Shown here one piece after another: positions 37,155-49,931 of a DNA stretch of 64,000 nt. The position numbers and the translations under genes were made by a program. Origin of the DNA: Candidatus Sumerlaeaceae bacterium (GTDB lineage: Bacteria; Sumerlaeota; Sumerlaeia; Sumerlaeales; Sumerlaeaceae); NCBI GenBank assembly GCA_049968255.1, contig JBMFRB010000001.1, forward strand, positions 192,001-256,000. Reading direction: 5' to 3'. The notes under the pieces are model-generated. The model saw only the letters and a program-made list of their open reading frames with translations, was not told where the DNA came from and did not search any database. The stretch's first letter is position 1; every line of letters starts with the position of its first letter.

Positions 37155-39833
37155 GTGGACAACACCACGGTAGCAACTGAGTCGAGGCTGGAGCAGGCCG
37201 CCATTGAGGAGTGGCTGGAGGCTCTAAAGTACGAACTCGCTGCCGAAGGACCAGAACAGGTCGAGAAGATTCTCCGAGCCCTCACACATGCAGCGCACCT
37301 GTGGGGTGTAAGGATACCTTTCACCGCGAACACCCCTTACCTCAATACGATCCCCAAAGAGGCTGAACCTGCTTACCCGGGGAATCGAGCGATCGAGCGC
37401 CGAATCAAAAGCTACGTGCGCTGGAATGCTTTGGCCATGGTGGTGAAAGCAAACAGGCTTCATTCTGGGCTTGGTGGACACATCTCAACCTACCAGAGCG
37501 CGGCTACGCTTTACGAGGTTGGCTTCAACCATTTCTTCCGCGGGCGGCGTCCTGGTTTCGCCGGTGATATGGTTTTTTTCCAGGGTCATGCATCGCCGGG
37601 CATCTACGCTCGCGCCTACATCGAAGGGCGACTTACGGAGCAACAGTTGCACAACTTTCGGCGCGAGCTTCAAGATGGCGGAGGGTTGTCTTCCTATCCG
37701 CATCCTTGGCTCATGCCTGGCTTTTGGCAGTTCCCCACGGTCTCGATGGGCCTCGGTCCGATCATGGCCATTTATCATGCGCGCTTCAATCGTTACCTGT
37801 TCGATCGGCGCATTGTGGATACCAGCCAAACCAAAGTGTGGGCATTTCTCGGCGACGGCGAATGTGACGAACCCGAAACACTGGGTGCCATCACGTTGGC
37901 AGCGCGCGAGAAACTCGACAACCTGATCTTTGTCATCAACTGTAATCTCCAGCGGCTGGATGGCCCGGTGCGGGGTAACGGGAAGATCATCCAAGAGCTC
38001 GAAGCAGCATTTCGTGGTGCTGGCTGGAATGTGATTAAGGTGATTTGGGGGTCTGACTGGGACAAGCTGCTGGCACGCGACAAAAGTGGCTTGCTCATCA
38101 AGCGCATGGAGGAGTGCGTGGACGGCGAATATCAGCGCTTCTCGGTGGCCGACGGCGCTTACATTCGAAAGCATTTCTTCGGTAAATATCCAGAGCTTCT
38201 CGAACTCGTAAAAGATATGACAGACAAGGAGCTGGAAAACTTGCGACGTGGTGGATTGGACCCGCAGAAAGTTTACGCAGCTTACAAGGCGGCTGTGGAG
38301 CATAAGGGCCAGCCCACCGTGATTCTCGCCAAGACTGTCAAAGGCTATGGTCTAGGCGAGGCCGGAGAAGGTCGCAACATTTCGCACCAGCAGAAAAAAC
38401 TCAACGAGCAGGAGCTGCGCGAATTCCGTGACCGATTTAATATCCCTGTTCCCGACGAGGTCATTGACGATCTTCCCTTCCTGCGCTTGCAGCCGGGCAG
38501 TCCCGAAGAAACATACCTGAAAGAGCGGCGCAATGCGCTGGGAGGACATCTGCCGGCTCGAATCGTAACTGCGCCGCCGATGCCAATGCCGGATCTGGAT
38601 TACTTTGCTCCATTCCTGCTGGGCAGTGAAGGGCGCGAAGTGTCCACGACGATGGCGTTCGTGCGCATCTTCAGCCAGCTACTTAGCAACAAGCAGTTCG
38701 GTCGGTTCATCGTGCCGATTATTCCGGACGAAGCGCGGACTTTCGGTATGGAAGCTCTCTTCCGGCAGTACGGCATTTATTCCCACGTGGGTCAGCTTTA
38801 TGAACCGGTGGATCGGGAACAACTACTTTACTACCTGGAGAAAACCGACGGCCAGATTTTGGAAGAGGGCATAACCGAGGCCGGGGCGATGTCGAGCTTC
38901 ATCGCTGCCGGCACAGCGTATGCAAACTACGGCGTGACAATGATGCCGTTTTATATCTACTATTCGATGTTTGGCTTCCAGCGCATCGGTGATCTCATTT
39001 GGGCGGCTGCAGATATGCGGGTGCGGGGCTTCTTGCTCGGCGCGACAGCAGGACGAACAACGTTGAACGGCGAAGGATTGCAGCACCAAGACGGACACAG
39101 CCACGTCCTGGCCAGCACGGTGCCGAACCTCCAGTGCTACCATCCGGCATTCGCTTACGAGATCGCCATTATCCTTCAAGACGGAATGAAGCGGATGTTC
39201 GAAAAGCAGGAAGACGTCTTTTACTACCTAACGCTCGGCAACGAAAATTATGTGCATCCGCCGATGCCAGCGAACGTGGAGGAGGGCGTGCTGGAAGGTC
39301 TCTATAAGCTTCAGCCCGGCCCCGATGTGGGCAAACACAAAGCCCATCTTTTTGGCGATTTTAGCGCGCTTAACCTGGCGCTCGCTGCACAAAAAATACT
39401 GGCTGAAGACTACGGCGTGAGCGCCGATGTGTGGAGTGCGACGAGTTATAAACGACTGCGTTACGGCGCAATGGAAGCCGAGCGGTGGAATATGCTCCAT
39501 CCGACTGCGAAGACAAAAAAGAAAAGCTATCTTGAGCGCGTCCTGGAAAAGGAGGAAGGGCCGTTCGTCGCGGTGAGCGACAGCATGCGTATGGTGCCCG
39601 ACCAAATCGCTAAATGGGTGCCGGGCGGCCTTCTCTCGCTTGGCACGGACGGTTTCGGCCGCAGCGACACGCGCGAAGACCTACGCCGCTTTTTTGAGAT
39701 TGATCCGCCACACATTGTCGTGGCCGTGCTGTACAGCTTGGCGGAGCGTGGACAAATCAAGAAGTCGGTGGTTGCGAAAGCCATCAAAGACCTTGGCATT
39801 GATTCTGAGAAGGGCTTTTCGCTCTTTCTGTGA
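37155..39833 (+). CDS. aceE: Pyruvate dehydrogenase E1 (homodimeric type)
   Basis: RWNALAMV, GGHIS, QGHASPG, SSYPHP, FPTVSMGLGP, GDGECDEPE, NCNLQRLDGPV, GEGLQHQDG, LGTDGFGRSD. Confidence 0.97.
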   Translation: MDNTTVATESRLEQAAIEEWLEALKYELAAEGPEQVEKILRALTHAAHLWGVRIPFTANTPYLNTIPKEAEPAYPGNRAIERRIKSYVRWNALAMVVKANRLHSGLGGHISTYQSAATLYEVGFNHFFRGRRPGFAGDMVFFQGHASPGIYARAYIEGRLTEQQLHNFRRELQDGGGLSSYPHPWLMPGFWQFPTVSMGLGPIMAIYHARFNRYLFDRRIVDTSQTKVWAFLGDGECDEPETLGAITLAAREKLDNLIFVINCNLQRLDGPVRGNGKIIQELEAAFRGAGWNVIKVIWGSDWDKLLARDKSGLLIKRMEECVDGEYQRFSVADGAYIRKHFFGKYPELLELVKDMTDKELENLRRGGLDPQKVYAAYKAAVEHKGQPTVILAKTVKGYGLGEAGEGRNISHQQKKLNEQELREFRDRFNIPVPDEVIDDLPFLRLQPGSPEETYLKERRNALGGHLPARIVTAPPMPMPDLDYFAPFLLGSEGREVSTTMAFVRIFSQLLSNKQFGRFIVPIIPDEARTFGMEALFRQYGIYSHVGQLYEPVDREQLLYYLEKTDGQILEEGITEAGAMSSFIAAGTAYANYGVTMMPFYIYYSMFGFQRIGDLIWAAADMRVRGFLLGATAGRTTLNGEGLQHQDGHSHVLASTVPNLQCYHPAFAYEIAIILQDGMKRMFEKQEDVFYYLTLGNENYVHPPMPANVEEGVLEGLYKLQPGPDVGKHKAHLFGDFSALNLALAAQKILAEDYGVSADVWSATSYKRLRYGAMEAERWNMLHPTAKTKKKSYLERVLEKEEGPFVAVSDSMRMVPDQIAKWVPGGLLSLGTDGFGRSDTREDLRRFFEIDPPHIVVAVLYSLAERGQIKKSVVAKAIKDLGIDSEKGFSLFL

Positions 39834-39889
39834 GCGAGCACCCGTGGCAACGCAGCCCTACGTTAGACGATACGAGGAGTAAGGATACG

Positions 39890-41530
39890 ATGGCAATCGA
39901 GGTGAAACTTCCAGCGTTGGCGGATGGCGTGGAGAAGGCCGACGTGCTGAACGTGTTGGTGAAAGAGGGCGACATCGTCCAAGTGGACGATCCCATCATA
40001 GAGTTGGAATCCGAAAAAGCGACCGTCGCGGTCCCTTCGCCAGCCGCTGGTCGCGTGAGTAAGGTGCTGGTCAAGGCCGGAGACAAAGTGCAAGTGGGCC
40101 AGGTGATTGCGGTGCTTGAAGAGGCCGAAACTGCGACAGCAGCGCAAACGCCAGAGACGCTTGTCGCGCCATCGTACGACGAGCCGTCGTTGCCACCGCC
40201 CCAGGTGGCAAAAACGAGAACCTTTGAGGTGAAACTGCCACAGCTTGCGGACGGTGTGGAAGCTGCCGACGTGCTCAATGTCCTCGTGAGGGAGGGCGAC
40301 ATAATCCAACCGGATGATCCTCTGATCGAGCTCGAATCAGAAAAGGCCACCGTAGCCGTTCCCTCTCTAACTGGCGGCAAGGTGGAGAAGCTGTTTGTGA
40401 AGGCGGGGGACAAAGTTCGCGTGGGCGAAACGATCGCGCTTATAGCGACGAGTGCAGAGGAAGGGGGAACTGCTGCCGAGGCGCAGGTCTCATCGCAAGA
40501 AAACCAGGAAGAAGCAGGGGGCGCAGCTTTGAAAACAACTGCTGCAACGCTCGTCCAGGCAGACACAGCTCCTCATGAACAGCCCGTGCAACCGCTTGCC
40601 CCGTCGGTGACTACAGATGAAGATTTCATCCCCGCTGGACCAGCGGTGCGCCGCATTGCGCGTGAGATTGGTCTGGATCTTCGGCGTGTCAAAGGCAGTG
40701 GGAAGAATGGCCGAATCCTCATCGAAGATCTTGACCCTTACATAGAGGAATACGTGCGAAAGCGTGGCGGTCAGCTGGCTGGTGGAGCTGGGGTCCCAGT
40801 ACCGGAACTTCCCGATTTCGCGAAATGGGGACCGATTCGCCGTGTGAAAATCGAGCCGCTAAGGCGAAAGATTTCCGAGCATCTGATACAGGCATGGCTC
40901 TCGATTCCGCACGTTCACCAGTTCCACGAGGCTGACATCACGGAGTTGCTAGCTTTGCAGAAACGCCACCGGGAACGCGTGAAGCAAATGGGCGCTTCGC
41001 TCACGCTTACCCCGTTCCTGATGAAAGCCGTTGTGATTGCTCTCAAGGAATTTCCGGAATTCAATGCGAGCTTCGATGTGCGCAACGAGGAGATTGTCTA
41101 TAAGGACTATTACCACATCGGGGTGGCAGTCGATACACCCGCGGGCCTCATCGTGCCGGTCATCCGAGATGTCGACAAGAAGACCATTGTGGAGCTCGCT
41201 CTAGAGCTGGCGGACGTTGCCCAGCGTACGCGCGACCGCAAGGTGACGCTGGAGGAGCTGCGCGGGGGAACATTTACGATTTCAAACTTGGGAAGTATCG
41301 GTGGCGGTTATTTCACACCAATTGTCAATTCGCCAGAGGTTGCAATCCTCGGCGTGGGACGCGCAGCGAAGCGCCTTGCTCTGATCGAGGGGCAGGTGGC
41401 TGAACGTTCGATTCTGCCCTTGTGCGTTGGTTATGATCATCGCCTCATCGATGGCGCGAAGGGCGCGCGCTTCGTCGTGCGGGTGGCTGAGGTTCTCGAG
41501 AACTTTGAGGCTACGTTCCTTGGATTCTGA
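39890..41530 (+). CDS. aceF: Dihydrolipoamide acetyltransferase E2 with two lipoyl domains
   Basis: Two ELESEKATVAVPS lipoyl domains, E3-binding AGPAVRRIARE..GSGKNGRI, catalytic DHRLIDG. Start placed at ATG 39890. Confidence 0.95.
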   Translation: MAIEVKLPALADGVEKADVLNVLVKEGDIVQVDDPIIELESEKATVAVPSPAAGRVSKVLVKAGDKVQVGQVIAVLEEAETATAAQTPETLVAPSYDEPSLPPPQVAKTRTFEVKLPQLADGVEAADVLNVLVREGDIIQPDDPLIELESEKATVAVPSLTGGKVEKLFVKAGDKVRVGETIALIATSAEEGGTAAEAQVSSQENQEEAGGAALKTTAATLVQADTAPHEQPVQPLAPSVTTDEDFIPAGPAVRRIAREIGLDLRRVKGSGKNGRILIEDLDPYIEEYVRKRGGQLAGGAGVPVPELPDFAKWGPIRRVKIEPLRRKISEHLIQAWLSIPHVHQFHEADITELLALQKRHRERVKQMGASLTLTPFLMKAVVIALKEFPEFNASFDVRNEEIVYKDYYHIGVAVDTPAGLIVPVIRDVDKKTIVELALELADVAQRTRDRKVTLEELRGGTFTISNLGSIGGGYFTPIVNSPEVAILGVGRAAKRLALIEGQVAERSILPLCVGYDHRLIDGAKGARFVVRVAEVLENFEATFLGF

Positions 41531-41598
41531 GTTCGCAGGCATATCACGGAGATAATCTCTTCTTGAGTGACCCGGCGGCGAGTATAGGGAAAGCAAGC

Positions 41599-43038
41599 AT
41601 GACGCGATTCGAACCTGTCATAGGGATGGAAGTTCACGTCGAGCTGGCCACGGAATCAAAAATTTTCTGTGGCTGCGCGACTCGTTTCGGCCAGGAACCA
41701 AATACGCAGACGTGTCCGATTTGCCTGGGAATGCCGGGCGTCTTGCCCGTGGTGAATCGCAAAGCAGTGGAGTTCACGATACGGACTGCGATCGCGCTGA
41801 ATTGTCGCATTAATGAGCGAACGTGGTTCGACAGAAAAAATTACTATTATCCGGACCTTCCGAAAAACTACCAAATTTCGCAGAACTATGCGTGCTTGGG
41901 CGTGGACGGGTGGATCGAGATCCCCGTGGGTGAGAATTCGAAACGAGTGCGTATCAATAATGTTCACCTCGAGGAAGACGCTGGCAAACTTATCCATCCC
42001 GAAGTCCCGGGGGCTGATTATTCGCTGGTGGACCTTAACCGTGCGGGGACGCCGCTGATCGAAATTGTGAGCGAGCCAGACATGGCTACCGCGGATGAAG
42101 CTTTGGCCTACATGGTCACGCTGAAAAATCTTCTCGAGTACATCGAAGTGAGCGACTGCAAAATGCAAGAGGGGCGGTTGCGCTTCGAAGTGAACATCAG
42201 TATGCGTGAGGCTGGATCGGCGAAGCTTGGGACGAAAGTCGAGATTAAAAATCTCAATTCGATGAAGACTGCGCTCAAGTGCATTGAGTATGAAATGAAA
42301 CGGCAGTCTGAGATCCTGGCAAGCGGTGGGCGCGTGGTGCAGGAGACCCGATTGTGGGACGAAGCGGCGGGCGAGACGCGCGCCATGCGTTCCAAGGAAT
42401 TTGCCCACGACTATCGCTATTTCCCCGATCCAGACCTTGTCGAGATTCGCATTCCCACGAGTTGGCAAGAAGAGGTGCGCCAGAGCCTGCCCGAGCTTCA
42501 AGACGCAAAGCGGCGCCGCTATACCCAAGAACTCGGGCTTCCAGAGTATGATGCGCGTGTGTTGACAGCCTCGAAAAAAACCGCAACTTACTACGAAAAA
42601 GCGGTTGCTGCTTACCACAATCCAAAAGCCATCAGCAACTGGATGATGACAGAGCTACTGCGTGAACTTCGCGACCGCGAGATGGACGCGGATGAATTGC
42701 TGCTCAAGCCTGAGGGATTGGCCGCAATTGTTCGAATGATCGACGAGGGTCGAATTAGCGGCAAAATCGGGAAGCAAATTTTTCAGAAAGCCTTGGAAAC
42801 CGGCGAGGCGCCAGAAAGCATTGTCCAGCGCGAAGGACTTATCCAGGTCTCTGACGCCGGCGAGGTGGAACGATGGGTGGACGAGGCCATCGCAGAAAAT
42901 CCCGATATGGCAACGAAAATTCAGGCGGGCAACGAAAAGCCAATCCAGGCGCTCGTTGGGCAGGTGATGAAAAAATCGCGAGGCAAAGCAAACCCCAAGA
43001 TCGTGAACGATCTCATCCGACAGAAATTGCTCAGCTAG
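41599..43038 (+). CDS. gatB: Asp/Glu-tRNA(Asn/Gln) amidotransferase subunit B
   Basis: VIGMEVHVEL, RKNYYYPDLPK, HLEEDAGK, DLNRAG.PLIEIV, EIKNLNS, DYRYFPDPDL. Confidence 0.97.
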   Translation: MTRFEPVIGMEVHVELATESKIFCGCATRFGQEPNTQTCPICLGMPGVLPVVNRKAVEFTIRTAIALNCRINERTWFDRKNYYYPDLPKNYQISQNYACLGVDGWIEIPVGENSKRVRINNVHLEEDAGKLIHPEVPGADYSLVDLNRAGTPLIEIVSEPDMATADEALAYMVTLKNLLEYIEVSDCKMQEGRLRFEVNISMREAGSAKLGTKVEIKNLNSMKTALKCIEYEMKRQSEILASGGRVVQETRLWDEAAGETRAMRSKEFAHDYRYFPDPDLVEIRIPTSWQEEVRQSLPELQDAKRRRYTQELGLPEYDARVLTASKKTATYYEKAVAAYHNPKAISNWMMTELLRELRDREMDADELLLKPEGLAAIVRMIDEGRISGKIGKQIFQKALETGEAPESIVQREGLIQVSDAGEVERWVDEAIAENPDMATKIQAGNEKPIQALVGQVMKKSRGKANPKIVNDLIRQKLLS

Positions 43039-43139
43039 CAAAGCGAGATCTGTTCGTGCTCCCGAATTTTGGAGCCATGAAATGATCAACTCACCTACCC
43101 AGTTGCTCGTTGTTTTGCGAAACGCTTTTTGACTACCTG

Positions 43140-45695
<2,556 letters not shown>

Positions 45696-45839
45696 GGTGT
45701 TATTCGACTACGTGACGAATAGCTTATTCGCTTGGTAGGTCACAGACGCATGAATGAACTAAATTCGAGTTGGCATCAACGTTGTGCTGATCCGCAGAGT
45801 GGCATGCGGCACCGATTTAATCCCGCGGCGCAAGGGAAA

Positions 45840-47072
45840 ATGACCAATGATCGTCGTGGGGAAATTTGGGAAGCAGCCGCAATCCTTCTGGTCACTGCAC
45901 TTCACATCGCTTATTATTTGCTGTGCTTACGCCGTGGACATATTGATCCTGGAGTGGACGGCGAAGTTTATCGCCAACTTGCCAGAGAATACCTTGCCTC
46001 AGATTCGCTGCTTGGCGAAAAGTGCAAGATTCTTTTCTGGACGCCTTGGTACGTGTTTATCGCACTCACGGGGGCAAACCAAAGTGGAGTGTTTGTTTTC
46101 CAGCTTGGAGCTTTTGTTCTCACGCTTGTGGCGATAAGGGGCCTCGCCCAGAACTTGGGCTTATCCGGCACGTGGCGAGTCCTCGCGATCTTGGGCTACG
46201 GTCTGTATTGGCCGACGTTCGATTACGTGATTTTCTATCAATATGAAAACTTTTTATCTTGGGGTGTGGCCACCACGGCATGGTTTATGAGCCACGAGAG
46301 GACCACACTGCGCTTGCGTTGGCAAAACTGGCTGGTTGCAGGGGTTGTTGTTGGCCTTAGTGTCTTTGCACATTCGCGTGCTGCCGGATTACTCGTTCTT
46401 TGCGCTGCGCTTCTTACCGCGCTCAGCATTCACTCGCGTCAGGCACTCCTAAGGCACCATCTGGCTTTTTGGACGCCGGCGCTTGCGCCTCTGCTTTTGT
46501 GGGGGGTGAGAAACCGACTCCTTTGGGGCAAATGGATTTGGAGCTCAACATCCTTTGGCTATAATTTCTATGTTGGGTTCAATCCCGTAGCCACGGGATC
46601 TTTTATGCCCCAGCCACCGTATCCGCCACTTGATAAAGCGGGCGCGCTAGCGCTGGATTTCATTCGCACCCATCCCGGGCGAGCACTGGAGCTTGTTCTA
46701 TGGAAGCTCATTCGCTATTGGGAGATTTCCGAGGTTGGTCAATTTGGCCCGTGGTGGCTTCTGTGGCAGGAGTGGCTTCTCATGCCGCTGGGTTTGGTTG
46801 GGTTCGCCCTGGCAGGGTACCGCGTTGCGAAGCTCGTCATCAGTCACCGTACGATCGTTTTTGAACAATCAGCTCATGCGGCACTTTTCTCTTTGGTCTG
46901 GATCATTACTTATTTTCAGATATTTCATGCGATCTTCTATGTGTTTACCCCTCGTTTTCGACTGCCAGCAATGCCGCTCATTGTTCTGGCAGGCTTATGG
47001 CTACTCCATGAAGCATGGCTGGAAAGCTTACGCATCAATCGAAAGGTCACTGCGGCCTCAACCGCGGCTTGA
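45840..47072 (+). CDS. GT-C fold (ArnT-like) membrane protein
   Basis: Multi-TM; DGEVYRQLA, YQYENF, WGVRN...SSTSFGYNFYVGFNP..TG, FIRTHPG, PRFRLP. Start placed at ATG 45840. Confidence 0.7.
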   Translation: MTNDRRGEIWEAAAILLVTALHIAYYLLCLRRGHIDPGVDGEVYRQLAREYLASDSLLGEKCKILFWTPWYVFIALTGANQSGVFVFQLGAFVLTLVAIRGLAQNLGLSGTWRVLAILGYGLYWPTFDYVIFYQYENFLSWGVATTAWFMSHERTTLRLRWQNWLVAGVVVGLSVFAHSRAAGLLVLCAALLTALSIHSRQALLRHHLAFWTPALAPLLLWGVRNRLLWGKWIWSSTSFGYNFYVGFNPVATGSFMPQPPYPPLDKAGALALDFIRTHPGRALELVLWKLIRYWEISEVGQFGPWWLLWQEWLLMPLGLVGFALAGYRVAKLVISHRTIVFEQSAHAALFSLVWIITYFQIFHAIFYVFTPRFRLPAMPLIVLAGLWLLHEAWLESLRINRKVTAASTAA

Positions 47073-47129
47073 GCGTCTTCTTGTTTCTTCTTTGCAATTT
47101 GTGACGAGCTAGCGATCTTCTCGCGGACG

Positions 47130-49931
47130 ATGACGGTGGGACACGACTTACTCTGGCATGCTCAACTTATTATTAGCGCACTCCCGTGGTATGGGGGGCT
47201 TCAGCTCTTTGGCTTTTGCGCCTGGCCTTTTTTCTTTGGCGTGTTCAATCGCCTCCCTGATCGAGGGTACGCGGCAGCAAAGGCGTTCGGTCTTCTCTTT
47301 GTGAGCTATGTCACGTTTATGCTGGCGCACAATCCTGGGCAGGGATTCACTTGGGAAACTGTTGCACTTAGTTTGGGCTTTCTCGCATGCATCTCGCTCA
47401 TTAGGTTGCCGCGAACCTTTGATTATCTCGTAGAGTTCGTACGCTATCGCTGGCGAGTCTGCGCGGCTTATGAACTCGTCTTTTTTCTCGGGTTTGTGAC
47501 CATGGTGCTGCTGCGGGCCCAAATGCCGCAAATTACCTATGAGATTTCAGACTTTGCTGCGGAGAAATTTACGGATTTTGCGATTCTCAATAGCGTACTG
47601 ACATCCCGGGTTTTCCCGCCGCATGATGCCTGGCTGAGTGGATTCACACTGAACTACTACTATTTTGGCCACTTTCTGTGGGCCACTGTGGCACGCTTCA
47701 CGGGCACTAGTGCCGCCATCGCCTTCAATTTGGCACTAGCCTCAATTTTCGCCTACGTGCTGTTGCTTGCCACTTCGCTGGGCTACAATGTCACCGCAAA
47801 GCTGCGTTGGGGACTTTTCTGCGCGTTTCTCGTTGGTCTCAGCTCAAATCTCGACGGCGCACTCCAATTGCTTGGGATCGCACAAGAAATATGGGATGGA
47901 AACCTTAGCCTTGGCTCCTGGTATCTTGGCTATGATTTCTGGCGTAGCTCACGTGCGATTGCAAACACGATCAATGAGTTCCCCGCGTTCAGTTTTCTCC
48001 TTGGCGACCTGCACGCTCACCTCTCGTCGTTAGTCATTTTTCTCGCGGGACTATTGCTGTGCCTTCAGGCATGGCGCAGTGTTCGTCGGGCCGGTTCTCT
48101 TCTTCGTTGGGAGCTGGAAAACCTCGACGAACTGCTTTTCCTCGCCATGATTATCGGCGCCCTCTACGCGGCCAACTCATGGGACAGTGTTCCCTTCGCT
48201 GCATGCGTGGTTGCTTCCTTATGGAGCGCTGCCACATCGGCTATCTCCCACAACGCCAAGCTGACAGGCAACCCTCGCTCCGTCGCGGGGTGGCGAATCG
48301 CCGTTTTTGTGGAATCTGTGCTCATCACGGCGATCGCTGGAATGCTAGGAATTGTCCTGTTGTTCCGTCCTTACTGGCTTGATTTTCTTCCACCGAATGC
48401 GCGCCTTGCGCGCGTACCATCAGAACTCCTGAGTTCGCCAGTGGAATTTCTGGTTCACTGGAGCCTCCTTTTGGCTCCGTCGCTGACTGTGATGTGGGTT
48501 CTCTTGCGAAGCATTTTTCTACGGTCAGCCTTTGGCTCTCTGGGTGGGGGGGTCACACGTGAGAAGCTCTGGGGATTTGTGGCCCTTTATGCAATGGGGA
48601 TTCTTTTAGGAGTCGTGAGTGGGTTTGGAATTGTGGGCTCTGTTTGCCTCATGAGTTTCTTTGCGGTGGTTTATGTCGTTTTGGCACATCAGCAGTCCTC
48701 CGTATTTCGTTTCTGGCTGAGCTTGCTTGCCGTATTCAGCCTACTTGCTGCGTTTTGTGAGCTCTATTATTTTGATGATATTTTCACAGGTGCGATTGAA
48801 CGCATTAATACGGTTTTCAAAATCTATTACGGGCTATGGCCGATTGCAGCTGTTGCCGGTACAATTGCGGCTTCACGATTGACGCGCTACGGGACGACGC
48901 GTCAGCGGGCCGTCAGCCGCGCGGGCGTCCTGCTGTTAGTCATGCTGGGGGCCGTATACCCTGTGAGTGGCACGCTTCAACGCCTGGCAATGTCGAAACA
49001 CTATCCGCGGCCACGTGATCCACAGCGCGGCCTCGATGGGCTCGTTTATCTCGCTAACTTACAGCCGGACGATTACGCGGCCATCTTGTGGCTGCGCGCC
49101 TACACTGAGCCGGATGCACGCCTCGTGGAAGCACCAGGAAAGCAGTATGAATATGCAGGGAGGATGGCGACAAACACGGGGAGGCCTTCGCTCGGCGGGT
49201 GGCTTTATCACGAATGGGGCTGGCGAGGAAATTCTTTCGAGATCGAACGTGATCGCAGATTCCAACTCGCAGATATCATCTACTCGAGCCCATCACTCAA
49301 GGCAACAGCGGAGGCATTATTGGAAAACCGCTTTGCCTTTGTGATTGTGGGACAGACCGAACGTGAGCGATTTCCCCTGCTGAACGAAGAAAAATTTCAC
49401 AAGCTCGGTGCTCTAGCCTATCGCCGCGGTAGCACGTCTATCTATCGGCTTTCCCCAGCGATGCTTCAAGCTACCGCCGAATCAGAAGAGCTAACGACAG
49501 CGCCGGGACTGAAGTCATTTTCGCTCGAAACCACCGAAGAGGCACTGAGCTCGAGCCGAAGCACCGAGACAGCTCATGAGATCGCGACGACGACCGTGGC
49601 CAGGCCACTTCGCCTTGATGAGCGGTTTAGCAGCGTGCCAACACAATCGAGTCGCGTCGCCCCCATAACGAAACAAAGTCCCGAAACAACCTCGCCCCAG
49701 AGGCTCGCACCAGTTGAGCACGATGCTACCACTTCAACTCTTGCTACAGATGTGTCTCAGTTGAGTTCAAATAAGGCAGCTGCTTCTCCAGCGATTACTC
49801 ACTACGAGGATTTTTCGGACTCGCTGAGCACAAAAACCATCGTTGGTTTGGTTGTACCTTCAGAACTAGCGACGACCACAGGATACCAGATTACATCTTC
49901 GCTCCATGAATCAATTGCCCATGCAGAATGA
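47130..49931 (+). CDS. DUF2298 / YYY-motif membrane protein (GT-C-like) with Ser/Thr-rich C-terminal tail
   Basis: EKFTDFAILNS, FPPHDAWLSG..LNYYYFG, SSRAI..TINEFPAFSFLLGDLHAH, ANSWD, RINTVFK, DYAAILWL; the last ~150 aa are low-complexity S/T. Confidence 0.88.
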   Translation: MTVGHDLLWHAQLIISALPWYGGLQLFGFCAWPFFFGVFNRLPDRGYAAAKAFGLLFVSYVTFMLAHNPGQGFTWETVALSLGFLACISLIRLPRTFDYLVEFVRYRWRVCAAYELVFFLGFVTMVLLRAQMPQITYEISDFAAEKFTDFAILNSVLTSRVFPPHDAWLSGFTLNYYYFGHFLWATVARFTGTSAAIAFNLALASIFAYVLLLATSLGYNVTAKLRWGLFCAFLVGLSSNLDGALQLLGIAQEIWDGNLSLGSWYLGYDFWRSSRAIANTINEFPAFSFLLGDLHAHLSSLVIFLAGLLLCLQAWRSVRRAGSLLRWELENLDELLFLAMIIGALYAANSWDSVPFAACVVASLWSAATSAISHNAKLTGNPRSVAGWRIAVFVESVLITAIAGMLGIVLLFRPYWLDFLPPNARLARVPSELLSSPVEFLVHWSLLLAPSLTVMWVLLRSIFLRSAFGSLGGGVTREKLWGFVALYAMGILLGVVSGFGIVGSVCLMSFFAVVYVVLAHQQSSVFRFWLSLLAVFSLLAAFCELYYFDDIFTGAIERINTVFKIYYGLWPIAAVAGTIAASRLTRYGTTRQRAVSRAGVLLLVMLGAVYPVSGTLQRLAMSKHYPRPRDPQRGLDGLVYLANLQPDDYAAILWLRAYTEPDARLVEAPGKQYEYAGRMATNTGRPSLGGWLYHEWGWRGNSFEIERDRRFQLADIIYSSPSLKATAEALLENRFAFVIVGQTERERFPLLNEEKFHKLGALAYRRGSTSIYRLSPAMLQATAESEELTTAPGLKSFSLETTEEALSSSRSTETAHEIATTTVARPLRLDERFSSVPTQSSRVAPITKQSPETTSPQRLAPVEHDATTSTLATDVSQLSSNKAAASPAITHYEDFSDSLSTKTIVGLVVPSELATTTGYQITSSLHESIAHAE

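Noticed and set aside
39890-40450. Imperfect direct repeat of about 230 nt
   Set aside because: It is explained by the two tandem lipoyl domains of AceF.
41656-42618. Long antisense ORFs (also 35364-36221, 37485-38303, 22988-23758, 39784-40566)
   Set aside because: They are antisense shadows of conserved housekeeping genes, expected from codon bias at this GC content.
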